64,000 nt of DNA from a virus (taxonomy: Duplodnaviria > Caudoviricetes), in IMG/VR virus record IMGVR_UViG_3300027971_000001; one strand, 5' to 3'. Shown in pieces: positions 1-9,342 of the stretch. Position numbers and translations under genes: made by a program. Each line of letters starts with the position of its first letter. Positions within the stretch are counted from its first letter, which is position 1. The notes below the pieces were generated by a model. The model saw only the letters and a list, made by a program, of their open reading frames with translations. It had not been told where the DNA came from and did no database searches.

Positions 1-152
1 GTTTTACCTTCACTCTTGCGGCCCCGACGGGTTTCAGTGGTTGATGTATTCATATTGTTTTCTTCTCCAGTATTATTCTTTTCAGAAATCTCCGGGACAG
101 CAGCATCTGCCGCTTTCTTCCCGGGAACTTCATCCAGATATGTAATAGTCAT
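1..152 (-). CDS. Hypothetical protein, runs off the left edge (MTITYLDEVPGKK...TETRRGRKSEGK)
   Basis: Manually translated open frame from ATG at 152, preceded by a TTGATA-N16-TATATA promoter-like motif. Confidence 0.5.
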   Translation of the reverse strand, partial: MTITYLDEVPGKKAADAAVPEISEKNNTGEENNMNTSTTETRRGRKSEGK

Positions 153-420
153 ATTTCTTATATAAATGAATTGTTTACATTATCAACCGTTATTTTTATA
201 AAATCTCTTAAATTGTTGATACTTAATGATATTATTTTTAAAAAGAATATATATTTTAATAAAATAATGCCATAGGGCCCAGTACATGTTCAATGGACAC
301 GCTTTTCTATTAGAATGGTCTTCCTGAATTTTGGTCCGGGCAAAAAATAATAACGCAGCTCCAGGGCCCTAGCCATATGTGGCATGCTGCGCAACCTGCA
401 GCCGGTGATCATCATGAACT

Positions 421-1206
421 CTACGTGATCTGCAGGTTATATTTCTTTTTATATATTTCTAATTTCTTTTTTATTTTGTACAGGGCACTCATCTCCAGTT
501 GACGAATGCGTTCCCGGGTAACATGCATTTGGCTGCCCAGCTCTTCCAGTGTGGGAATATGGTCCTGTTGATTGAAACCAAAACGGGCCAGCAATATTTC
601 TCGTTGCCTGGGATCCAAATCATTTATTAATTTGCGCAGCACACCGTACTCTTCATTCCCGTATATATTTTCAGGTTCAGATTGCGGCAGCTCCATGTAC
701 TCACCGTCGTCATTTGGTTTATCCAGGTCCACACGTTTGCATATCCTGCTGAAAGATCTGAGCGCTGCAGCACTGAGCCGCTCATCATCAAATTCTATGC
801 CGCATCCCAGTCTTTCCTCCAGTTCATGTTTCTCCCGGTATGCCCGGGCCACATCATCATTATGACGGTATGGCACACTGACCACATTGCTGTTCTTTTG
901 AATAAAACGCCGGATACCGTGCTTGATGTAATATGATGCGTAATTACCAAAGCTGGCTCCTTTAATCCTCTTCCACCGGCGGACCGCACTGTATAATCCA
1001 GGAGTTCCTGCCATGATCAGGTCCTCGTGGCTATAACCTGATGGGGGACGATACTGATAAGCCAGGTATATCACCAACTTCATGTTGTGAAGCACCAGTT
1101 TGTCCAGGAAATGGCGGCGGCCCTTTTTAATTGCTTTCTGGTACCGTTCTATGGTCTCATCACTGAGTACCGGAAGATCATCGATTTTTATTCCCTTCAA
1201 GCTCAT
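421..1206 (-). CDS. RNA polymerase sigma-70 family factor, RpoD-like (regions 2-4)
   Basis: Region 2 (HNMKLVIYLAYQY...EDLIMAG...GASFGNYASYYIKHGI) and region 4.2 HTH (TLEELGSQMHVTRERIRQLE). Confidence 0.92.
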   Translation of the reverse strand: MSLKGIKIDDLPVLSDETIERYQKAIKKGRRHFLDKLVLHNMKLVIYLAYQYRPPSGYSHEDLIMAGTPGLYSAVRRWKRIKGASFGNYASYYIKHGIRRFIQKNSNVVSVPYRHNDDVARAYREKHELEERLGCGIEFDDERLSAAALRSFSRICKRVDLDKPNDDGEYMELPQSEPENIYGNEEYGVLRKLINDLDPRQREILLARFGFNQQDHIPTLEELGSQMHVTRERIRQLEMSALYKIKKKLEIYKKKYNLQIT

Positions 1207-1380
1207 AAAGTTTTGACGGGAAAACGCAGCATATGTTCAAAAGGTTTTAACGGGCCCTGTCCCCGTTTATTATAAAATCTTTGATTTTGACAAAAACATA
1301 TGCAAGAAACAACGATCCCAGACCCAGTGTCCATATGAGCGCTACCAGCAACAGCTGCAGCAGCAGCGTGTAAACCAGGT

Positions 1381-1614
1381 TTACAACACTCCAAATACTT
1401 TTAAAAACACGCATAAACCTAGTATGGCATTGATTACGCTGCCAGCTGTGCGCAACACCTCCAGCTTGTGGTTGTGATGGTCCAGCCAGATCTCCAATGG
1501 ATCGCGCAACTTGGCCAGTTTATTCAGACGTTTCTTTTCCTTTTTACTCAGTTCTGGAACATTCCAATATTTGCTATATTTCATATTTTCACATGTGTTA
1601 TCATTGTGGAACAT
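1381..1614 (-). CDS. Small hypothetical protein with C-terminal hydrophobic helix
   Basis: ORF track; TM-like C-terminus GSVINAILGLCVFLKVFGVL. Confidence 0.55.
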   Translation of the reverse strand: MFHNDNTCENMKYSKYWNVPELSKKEKKRLNKLAKLRDPLEIWLDHHNHKLEVLRTAGSVINAILGLCVFLKVFGVL

Positions 1615-1766
1615 CCCAATGTGGTGCTAATTGTTTCACCATCCTTTTTGCTTTCACAACCATATGTCCGGTGAAAAGTGTCTAGTTGTTCTTTGAGTTG
1701 TTGATTTTGTTTCTCCAAATCACTTATCAAATGTTGCAACCGCTGCAATTCCTCCCCCATGTTCAT
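1581..1766 (-). CDS. Small coiled-coil hypothetical protein
   Basis: Heptad pattern LQRLQHLISDLEKQNQQLKEQL. Confidence 0.45.
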   Translation of the reverse strand: MNMGEELQRLQHLISDLEKQNQQLKEQLDTFHRTYGCESKKDGETISTTLGCSTMITHVKI

Positions 1767-1835
1767 ATTATTATCTTATCTTATTCATCATATTATTCAT
1801 CATATTATTATTATCAATCCATCCAGGAAAACGCA

Positions 1836-1916
1836 TCTATTAGGGAGAAACGCCCCCCATGGAAAGACCTTTCTAATAGAGAGGTTTGTCTAATAGAGCA
1901 ACGTTGCTCTAATAGA
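1836..1916. repeat. CTAATAGA octamer array with a 16-bp perfect palindrome
   Basis: CTAATAGA at 1873, 1890 and 1909; inverted copy TCTATTAG at 1836; AGAGCAACGTTGCTCT palindrome at 1895-1910. Confidence 0.7.
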
Positions 1917-1947
1917 AACGAAATTATTATTATTATCTTATTATTAT

Positions 1948-2019
1948 CTGCTGGGGCAGGGATCGAACCTGCGACCAATGCATTAACAGTGCACCGCTCT
2001 ACCTCTGAGCTACCCAGCA
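1948..2019 (-). tRNA. trnN: tRNA-Asn (GTT), CCA not encoded
   Basis: Cloverleaf: acceptor TGCTGGG/CCCAGCA, D-arm GCTC/GAGC, anticodon loop CT-GTT-AA, T-arm GCAGG-TTCGATC-CCTGC, discriminator G73. Confidence 0.95.
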
Positions 2020-2043
2020 AAGTACTGGGTACTTATAAACTTA

Positions 2044-2358
2044 TTATATAGCGCAAGCTTTAAACATTCCGGTACGTTTTAAAGGAATATCCAGGCTCAT
2101 TGGTTTTACAGTCATGTCATTATCAAATTGTTCAACAAATGATGTTCCTTTAACTGGCATCTTGGCACCATAAGATACCACCTTATTATTTTCAAAAACA
2201 TGTATGCACACATGACCAGGCAATACATTAACATCCATTAGTTCTTTCTTTTGATGTTTAGCGCGATATTGGCGCTTTATGCTACGCGCAACTGCGCAAT
2301 TTGCTGGATCATGTTGTTTGCCGTTTCTTATATCACTTTTGGTTATTTTGAGTTTCAT
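2044..2358 (-). CDS. Hypothetical protein
   Basis: ORF track; start moved to the ATG at 2358, which follows a TAAATA motif. Confidence 0.65.
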   Translation of the reverse strand: MKLKITKSDIRNGKQHDPANCAVARSIKRQYRAKHQKKELMDVNVLPGHVCIHVFENNKVVSYGAKMPVKGTSFVEQFDNDMTVKPMSLDIPLKRTGMFKACAI

Positions 2359-2493
2359 AAAAATATTTAACAATCTGAATATAATATTTTGGGAACAGGC
2401 AAAAACGCAAAAAGCAGGATTTTGATAAGAATTAATATAAAAAAAATATATGAAAAATATAATAAAAAAAGGATCTGGGGGTGCCGATGGGAC

Positions 2494-2757
2494 AGTACTT
2501 ATAATTTATTTTGACAATAATTCCCTATAATATATATTGTCTTATCCTTTATACCCTATCTTATCCCTCCCAATATTCCCTCGGTCCCAACAGAAAAAAA
2601 TGCCCTTGAGGGGGCTCTAGGAATCTTGTTAAAGTCGTAATTTTGAGTCTCATTCTTATGGTTGTTCTGTTATTTTAGTACTTATAATTTATTTTGACAA
2701 TAATTCCCTATAATATATCTTGTCTTATCCTTTATCTTATCCATCCCAATATTGCCC
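2494..2757. repeat. Direct repeat of about 60-85 bp (two copies) in a long AT-rich noncoding region
   Basis: AGTACTTATAATTTATTTTGACAATAATTCCCTATAATATAT(A/C)TTGTCTTATCCTTTAT at 2494 and 2677. Confidence 0.85.
2594..2615 (-). terminator. Possible intrinsic terminator
   Basis: GCCC-CCTCAA-GGGC hairpin followed by a T-run on the minus strand. Confidence 0.4.
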
Positions 2758-3298
2758 ACTTGGGCAAATGGGGTAATATATCCTCTTATACCCTATTATA
2801 CCCTCTTATATGGATATTTGCTTTTAAGATATATAAGGTTCCTTTTCCCCTATTAAACCTTTAAACAAACCATATCTTCTCTATAGGATACCTAGGATTA
2901 TCTTTTTTACCCTCTTTTTTCCCCTTTTATTCCTTTTTTATTGTAAAAAAAGCTTATTTTATCTTCTTTTTTATAAAATCATATGTTGCAAAACCTATCC
3001 ATAATAGTCCGAAACATATGAAGAAGAATGGTACTATACCTGCAAATAGTGTGTCTATGTTCATATCTATAATTACCTGTTTATATTGTTTTTACATGGA
3101 ATACCATTGTTCTGCCCTGTTTAATGGACCAGACTGGTTGGCATTTTCCGCCCTATTCATCTTCTTTTTCAGTTCTTTTTGGTAAACTTTGGGATGATGT
3201 TTTTTACAAAATCTCAAAAAAGGATCGTTATGCGCATCTTGTTTTATCCATTTTTTATGTTGTTTCATAATCCCATTTTAATATGAGGATATGCTTTT

Positions 3299-3499
3299 TC
3301 AATGTTTTTTGTTATTTTTATATATTTTAACAGGGGTTGAAGAAGGAGGAGAGGATTGTTTCATTTTTGGCAGTTGTACAGTGCATAACAATATCAGTTC
3401 CAGGGCTAATACACTAAAGAATCCGGTCAAGAACATCCTTACCCTTTTTGTTTTTCGACTGTTGCTTTTTTTAAGGCAATAATTATAGGCGTTGAGCAT
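3299..3499 (-). CDS. Small membrane protein
   Basis: Central hydrophobic helix; TTGACA-N16-TATCTT promoter ends 6 nt before the ATG. Confidence 0.55.
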   Translation of the reverse strand: MLNAYNYCLKKSNSRKTKRVRMFLTGFFSVLALELILLCTVQLPKMKQSSPPSSTPVKIYKNNKKH

Positions 3500-3572
3500 C
3501 GTCCCAAGATAAATGAAAATGTATTATTGTCAATATATTTTTTCAACCCTTTATAAATGATAAATAAATGAT

Positions 3573-4745
3573 ATGGATTGGCTAGACAACTATCTGGATG
3601 GTTTGGGACAATATAAAGTAACAGTTTCACCATCAGACACTCATGTTTGGGGAGTTAAACCCAAGCTTAATAATACACAACAAAAAATGCTGTTTGATGC
3701 GGCTGCACAAAGTGAATTGGAATACCGATTGATTGTGCAAGAATCAAGAGAAGCTGAAATAGATGCAGGCATGGGTGGAGGATATGATGCAGGCAGTGCA
3801 GCCCGGGAAGAAAGACCAACACCCTCACCCACTCCTGCACCAGATCCATATTCATATGCTTATATAAGCGATGAAACAGGTGTCACGGTTCTTTCTGCTT
3901 TGGGTAATATTCCTGACGAATGGTTATATCTCAAGGGATATATTGTGGAAGCAGTTACCTTTGGAACCAGTGTGAGCTCTATTGGAGATTTTGCAATTAA
4001 TGGTGCCTTCATACCCAACATCATTATTCCTGACAATGTAACATCCATAGGAAATGAATCATTCAGAAGCTGTCCTTTTTTAACAAGTGTGGTATTGAGC
4101 AACAACTTAACTAAATTGGGTGATAATGCTTTCATGCAGTGTGCAATATCAGAACTCACCATTCCAAATAGCTTAAGAAACATTGGAGCAGAGTCATTTG
4201 CAGGCAATAATATTCAAAATTTGACTCTGGGCACAGGACTCACAGCCATTGCACCAGGTGCTTTCGCTTATAATTATAATTTGACCACTCTGGTTGTGCC
4301 TGATCAAGTTAAGCGCATCGAAGGAGGTGGATCCCCATACCTAGGAGCATTTGCTAATTGCGGTCTGAACAATATAGTTTGGGGCTCTGGATTGACTTAC
4401 ATTGGTGAATTTGCATTCTACCAGAATGCATTAACTGAACTGGTGCTGCCCAGTGGTTTAAGAGACATTGCTAGTAATGCTTTTACAAACAATCAATTGA
4501 CTCATCTAATCATACCTGGCAGTGTGATTAATATTGAAAGACAGGTCTTTGCATTCAATTCTAATTTGGCTTCAGTGAGCTGTTTCAATACTTCTTCAAG
4601 CTTTACTGGGGCTATACCTGATGCTTTCCAGGGCACATCTGATCCTTTGATCATACATGCCAGAATTTCTGATGACTCATGGACTCCAGGTGCACAAAGC
4701 TTTCAAGGAAATGATAATGTGACTGTGATCAGGGATTTGAATTGA
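3573..4745 (+). CDS. BspA-type leucine-rich repeat (LRR_5) protein
   Basis: Repeats of the type IPDNVTSIGNESFRSC / LPSGLRDIASNAF / IPGSVINIERQVF; TAAATA 6 nt upstream. Confidence 0.9.
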   Translation: MDWLDNYLDGLGQYKVTVSPSDTHVWGVKPKLNNTQQKMLFDAAAQSELEYRLIVQESREAEIDAGMGGGYDAGSAAREERPTPSPTPAPDPYSYAYISDETGVTVLSALGNIPDEWLYLKGYIVEAVTFGTSVSSIGDFAINGAFIPNIIIPDNVTSIGNESFRSCPFLTSVVLSNNLTKLGDNAFMQCAISELTIPNSLRNIGAESFAGNNIQNLTLGTGLTAIAPGAFAYNYNLTTLVVPDQVKRIEGGGSPYLGAFANCGLNNIVWGSGLTYIGEFAFYQNALTELVLPSGLRDIASNAFTNNQLTHLIIPGSVINIERQVFAFNSNLASVSCFNTSSSFTGAIPDAFQGTSDPLIIHARISDDSWTPGAQSFQGNDNVTVIRDLN

Positions 4746-4940
4746 TGAATCAAAGCTTCACTTAAAAAAAGCAACAATCGTAAAATCAATCGCGCATACT
4801 TTTATTTATTAAAAAGCGTTTATCACAAGTGTTTGTTCTTTTTCAAAACCGTCCATAAAGTTATTTATATAATAACCAAAACGTTAATAACCAAATCGGG
4901 CTTTGTATGTTGCATGCAATGATTATTTGACTTACAGTGC

Positions 4941-5999
4941 TTAACTCATCACCGAGTATGCCACCTTGTTGGTGGAAACAGTAGTATTCCGAGTAAGAAC
5001 TCCAGCGGCATTCACGAAATTCACATTGTCAAACAAAACCAGTGAATATGGAAAGGTATATAGATTTGCTGAAACCACCCCATTGATGGCTTTGGCACCA
5101 GATCCAGTGAGAATGTTGAGCCCACAGGTGCCAATGGATGCAAGAGAACCTGCAGACAAAGTTATTCCATGTCCAGTGGAGCGATTGTTGGTTAACAGAG
5201 TTTGAGCCACAGTGATATTAAAACCAGAAGCGCCATAATCACCCCCTGAACATTTGATCATGTGTGTTGCATCGCCCTCCAGCTGACACCGAATAAAGTT
5301 TAATTTGCCTCCACTAGCTGCAGCAAACATGCTGTCACAGGAAGCAGAACCTCCTGTGGAATCACAATCCACCATGTTGCAAGTGCCATTAATTGCCACA
5401 ATTCCCCCACCAGTAGCAAAAGGACTAAATTGACACAGTTGCCCATTAACTACACTTGATGCTCCTGTGTTATTAATATTTACCCCAAAAGAACTGGGGC
5501 TTCCATTTTGTAACCAAACAGATTCCAGGAATACTCTCAGGGGTACAGCACCTCCCAGCACATCAATGCAATTGCCACTGGTCACTTCAGGTTTGAGAAT
5601 AGCCAAATTTGTTATGCCAAAAAAATTGTCAGTTATTGTGCCTGCAGTAGGAGCAATGGTGATGGTACCATTCAAATACAAGGGAGCTCTTACACCAGAA
5701 TTGGTGAATCCTTGCAATCCCACATAACCTGTGTCCATGGTTAAATTTTCTGTGATGCTGCTGAGCAAGTTGATGTACTTGGGATTGAGTCTGGTGGCTC
5801 CAATTTTTGCAGCTGCATATGCAGCACTCAATGTTTTGAATGGTGTTAATAGGTTGCCATCTTGTGTGTAAACATCAGTTCTGTTGGCATCCACATAGTA
5901 TTGAGATGTCAAAGGCATGCCCAGAGGAGCAGCACTCAATGCATTTCTTATACCATTAATTGTCTGAGCATCTGCCGTCGTTATCTCTATGTTGGCCAT
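4941..5999 (-). CDS. Putative virion protein with pectin-lyase-like right-handed beta-helix
   Basis: YYVDANRTD...DGNLLTPFKTLSAA cap motif; G/N/T/S-rich beta repeats; TAAATA upstream. Confidence 0.55.
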   Translation of the reverse strand: MANIEITTADAQTINGIRNALSAAPLGMPLTSQYYVDANRTDVYTQDGNLLTPFKTLSAAYAAAKIGATRLNPKYINLLSSITENLTMDTGYVGLQGFTNSGVRAPLYLNGTITIAPTAGTITDNFFGITNLAILKPEVTSGNCIDVLGGAVPLRVFLESVWLQNGSPSSFGVNINNTGASSVVNGQLCQFSPFATGGGIVAINGTCNMVDCDSTGGSASCDSMFAAASGGKLNFIRCQLEGDATHMIKCSGGDYGASGFNITVAQTLLTNNRSTGHGITLSAGSLASIGTCGLNILTGSGAKAINGVVSANLYTFPYSLVLFDNVNFVNAAGVLTRNTTVSTNKVAYSVMS

Positions 6000-6061
6000 T
6001 ATTATTATTTAAGGATTATAATGAATATTATTATTCAAATAATCCTTAAATAACCAAAATA

Positions 6062-6496
6062 TTACTGATATTTATTTTTATAAGATTCCAACAAAACTTG
6101 TGCTTTTTTCATGTCTTCCTGGTTTATTTTGAGAAAATTCATGATTTGATCATCATTCATGTTCAGATTGTCTTTTTCAATACGATAAAGTATTCGGCTG
6201 GCCATTTGTTGCTTGTATTTCTTTACAAAATTATCACTGCTTTCATTCAGTACATTTTCAAAGCTTTCAAAATAATCCTCGTCTTTGCCCTCTTTTGTTT
6301 TGTTTTCAATGTGGGATTTGACGGCAAGTTCCAGATCATTTTTAAAATTTTCAACATTTTGTTTATCTTCATATATTGCAGCCAGTTTAACAAAAGCGGC
6401 ATGAATGGTCATGCGTCGGAGCGGATCCTGAAACAGGTTGAGTGTTTTGGGATAATCAATGCTTAACATTTTGCTGAATATGCTGTTGTCGATCAT
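6062..6496 (-). CDS. Hypothetical protein
   Basis: ORF track; chained to neighbouring genes. Confidence 0.65.
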   Translation of the reverse strand: MIDNSIFSKMLSIDYPKTLNLFQDPLRRMTIHAAFVKLAAIYEDKQNVENFKNDLELAVKSHIENKTKEGKDEDYFESFENVLNESSDNFVKKYKQQMASRILYRIEKDNLNMNDDQIMNFLKINQEDMKKAQVLLESYKNKYQ

Positions 6497-6693
6497 TTTT
6501 TCTTTTTCCTTTCTTTGCTGTATTTTTCCAACATCTTAATGAAGCTGACGCTATAAAGATGATGTTTAAGTTCCCTTATCTCTTTTTGCAGGCTGATGTT
6601 TTCATTTGTCATTCGAATCATATCCTTTTGCAGTTTATTGTTCTGCTCTTTTAATTTGCGAAAAGATTCCAGGAGGCTCATGATTAGTCCCAA
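6493..6693 (-). CDS. Small coiled-coil hypothetical protein
   Basis: ORF track; overlaps both neighbours. Confidence 0.55.
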   Translation of the reverse strand: MGLIMSLLESFRKLKEQNNKLQKDMIRMTNENISLQKEIRELKHHLYSVSFIKMLEKYSKERKKKK

Positions 6694-7163
6694 AGATTAT
6701 TATAGTAAATGGCGAACAATTTCAATCCCCGCTTTTGACGTTTCCTGGATTTTTTGTCGGCATCCTCTTTTAGTTGATATTCAAAAGCAAATATGATGTC
6801 ATCCAACACACTTCGCCATTCCTGTTCAGTTAATGATTCTGTATCTGGTCCGAAAATTACATCTGTTAATTCAGAAACAGTTCCATCCTTTCCATCTTTG
6901 TGAAATCGAATGCTGGTGCCATGAAAGTTGTTTCGCATCTTTTTCAAAGGAGGTAATATTTTACGGGCAATATACCATGCCACATTCCAAGGATCAGTTT
7001 CATTATACCCCCATACAATTTCCTGGATAAAATATTTTATACGGTGAAAAAAGGGTTTCACATACCAATTCCACAAACGGTTAAGAAATCCTATCTCAAC
7101 AATCTTGATGTTGTTCCGGTCCAGCATGTCTTTTATTTTTTGTTCGATTTCTGCCTGGTTCAT
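6684..7163 (-). CDS. Phage hypothetical protein
   Basis: ORF track; start moved to MNQAE, an ATGA overlap with the upstream ORF. Confidence 0.7.
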   Translation of the reverse strand: MNQAEIEQKIKDMLDRNNIKIVEIGFLNRLWNWYVKPFFHRIKYFIQEIVWGYNETDPWNVAWYIARKILPPLKKMRNNFHGTSIRFHKDGKDGTVSELTDVIFGPDTESLTEQEWRSVLDDIIFAFEYQLKEDADKKSRKRQKRGLKLFAIYYNNLWD

Positions 7164-7336
7164 TTTCTTTTGCGATGTTTGACCTTTTTCCAAATCTTTC
7201 CGTGCTTATCCAAATCAACGCTCCAAAGCATAAGTTTATTATAAATTGGATAACCAAAACCATCCCCCCAACGCATGATGGTACGGCTGATCATATCTCC
7301 TATGTGATACAGGATCGTGCTAACAACCAACTTCAT
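7160..7336 (-). CDS. Small hypothetical protein, 58 aa (not in ORF track)
   Basis: Manual translation MKLVVSTILYHIGD...KHRKRK; stop overlaps the next ATG. Confidence 0.5.
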   Translation of the reverse strand: MKLVVSTILYHIGDMISRTIMRWGDGFGYPIYNKLMLWSVDLDKHGKIWKKVKHRKRK

Positions 7337-7366
7337 TTTTATTTCCAGATGATACTGGAAAGAAGA

Positions 7367-7582
7367 TTATTTGTTAAAAACACTGACCAGCTTGGTCTTG
7401 ATGTCGTTGGTGTACTTGTGCAGGAACTTGTCGATTGCTGCATTGGCTGCATCAACTCCCTGTGTCTTTTCAATCGTCACTATTTGATCATGATCCAAGG
7501 TGACGCTGATTGAATCAGTTTTTGTTCCGTCTTTGATAAATCCAGTATCCAATGTTATTTTCATAATATTACTTACAAACAA
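7367..7582 (-). CDS. Hypothetical protein
   Basis: ORF track. Confidence 0.55.
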   Translation of the reverse strand: MFVSNIMKITLDTGFIKDGTKTDSISVTLDHDQIVTIEKTQGVDAANAAIDKFLHKYTNDIKTKLVSVFNK

Positions 7583-7691
7583 CTTTTAAAAAGCTAGTCT
7601 ATTTAATATATAATATTATGAGTTGTAAATGTTGCCATGGAATCAAGCTTAAGTGGTTGATTCCGTTTGTTTTACTAATTGCTGCAGTTTA

Positions 7692-7967
7692 TTATTTTGC
7701 CAAGTAATTGGCATGATCTTGCAGGGCATACTGAGCATCCCTTATCATTTCTGGTAGGGGATTCACTATCTCGTTATTCTCTTCATCCAATATGAGATAT
7801 AGTTTCACCTCGGCTTCATTTAATCCAACCTTAACATCTCCGTATGCGAAATAATTTTCATCATTGAATTTGAAAGAAGCTTTCAGTTCTTCAAAACTTT
7901 TGGGTTCTTTTGTTTCAACCTCATTCACCAACATTTGCCAATTCATCAGTTGTCTTGGTCTTCCCAA
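7692..7967 (-). CDS. Hypothetical protein
   Basis: ORF track. Confidence 0.55.
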   Translation of the reverse strand: MGRPRQLMNWQMLVNEVETKEPKSFEELKASFKFNDENYFAYGDVKVGLNEAEVKLYLILDEENNEIVNPLPEMIRDAQYALQDHANYLAK

Positions 7968-8299
7968 TTGAATTCTTTTTCCGGTCTGCCTTTTTCAAAA
8001 TGTCCAGCTTCTATTCCTCTTTCATTAGCGTCATCCCGAAGTGCTTCCTTGGCTTTAGTGATGATACCTTCATCCGGATATTCTATTTTTTGACCTATAT
8101 TTTTAGGTTTGGTTTCATCTCGGTCATAAATGTCCCATATTTCCACATCCCAATTATCCCAGTTCGTATCCTCTGTATCATAATCAACACTACCCACAAC
8201 AATGTAACGAAATCCCAAATAACGAAAAGGAACGGTTAAACCATCATGATGATAATCACTTTCATTCAGAATGTGTTTTACCAAATCATCAAACTTCAT
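7946..8299 (-). CDS. Hypothetical protein, possible internal head protein
   Basis: N-terminus MKFDDLVKHILNE. Confidence 0.65.
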   Translation of the reverse strand: MKFDDLVKHILNESDYHHDGLTVPFRYLGFRYIVVGSVDYDTEDTNWDNWDVEIWDIYDRDETKPKNIGQKIEYPDEGIITKAKEALRDDANERGIEAGHFEKGRPEKEFNWEDQDN

Positions 8300-8457
8300 T
8301 TTTTATCAAACTCCTTTTGCGCAACAAGTTTGTTGTATTGATTCATAACTTGTTGCAGATACTGACATTCCAACTGACCACCCAATCTTTTAATCACTTC
8401 TTCACACTCTTTCAAGTTCATGACATTAACTTTTTTCTTTTTTTTCTTTTCGGCCAT
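8296..8457 (-). CDS. Small basic hypothetical protein, 53 aa (not in ORF track)
   Basis: Manual translation MAEKRKKKKVNVMNL...; ATGA overlap with the next gene. Confidence 0.5.
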   Translation of the reverse strand: MAEKKKKKKVNVMNLKECEEVIKRLGGQLECQYLQQVMNQYNKLVAQKEFDKK

Positions 8458-8719
8458 ATAGTTATTTAATCTTTCTTGTCAAAATAAATACATCGCAACC
8501 GAACATGATATGGTCTGTGATCACATTCACAGAAATATTTATATATTATTTTTCTCGTTCCGTAAGCATCTGATCTGCAATCTTATATGCTTCAGCACAA
8601 GCACCTTCCGCATAACCCTTGTTAATGATAAGGGCATGTAAACTTAATATTGCAAATATATCCCGCAAATCACTATCATTACTCATACAGCTATCTATTA
8701 CTACCAACTAAGATATCAA

Positions 8720-8995
8720 TTATTTTTGTTCGGGGGATTCTATCGGAGCTTGTGGAGCAAGTTGCTTGGCAGTATTGATTGCATCCTGCAGATTCTTTAT
8801 GGATTGATTTATTTCACCGCTGTTCAGTTCCACCTGCGCTCCTTTTAAACGACCCAGTTCAACAAGAACAGCCCCTTCCAAGTGACCCAGAGCTTTGCCA
8901 AACTGAAGCATCTTTTGTGCTATTGCATCTGATTCATTCAGTACTCTACGACTGGATTCATATTTTGAAAACATATCCCGATCAGCTGTTCGCAT
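8720..8995 (-). CDS. Hypothetical late protein
   Basis: TATAAATA 5 nt upstream of the ATG. Confidence 0.65.
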   Translation of the reverse strand: MRTADRDMFSKYESSRRVLNESDAIAQKMLQFGKALGHLEGAVLVELGRLKGAQVELNSGEINQSIKNLQDAINTAKQLAPQAPIESPEQK

Positions 8996-9012
8996 ACTGT
9001 TATTTATACAAA

Positions 9013-9342
9013 TTACAAAGTAATATTCAATTTCACATTCAATACATAAACCTTGTTGGCTTGCACCTCATCTGGATCATTCAAGGTTACCCGCTTCTTT
9101 TCACTGAAATTGTAACTTTTTCCATCAGTAAGATCCACAATGTCGTGATCAAAACTGTTTTTTCCAGGCGTATACATTTTCATATAAATGGCGTGATTGC
9201 CTCTTTGTAAGCTTTCATGATCAAAAAAACTAAAAACTTCCCCGGTTTTCACCTTGCTGAATTCCACCATGCTTTCCTTTTCTTTGGTCTGGATTGTGTA
9301 TTTCATGAATGAATACCTTATATTATCCAAAACCTTTTTCAA
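9013..9342 (-). CDS. Hypothetical protein
   Basis: ORF track. Confidence 0.6.
   Translation of the reverse strand: MKKVLDNIRYSFMKYTIQTKEKESMVEFSKVKTGEVFSFFDHESLQRGNHAIYMKMYTPGKNSFDHDIVDLTDGKSYNFSEKKRVTLNDPDEVQANKVYVLNVKLNITL

Noticed and set aside
275-1257. Three GGGCCC sites flanking the sigma gene (275, 364, 1252)
   Set aside because: The local region is GC-richer and the site also occurs elsewhere (about 14680); too short to call an operator
2494-2757. Mini CRISPR array
   Set aside because: Only two copies, 60-85 bp long with a 183-bp period; not CRISPR geometry
7639-7664. GGAATCAA/TTGATTCC hairpin as a terminator
   Set aside because: The T-tract is on the plus strand where no upstream gene exists, so function is unsupported
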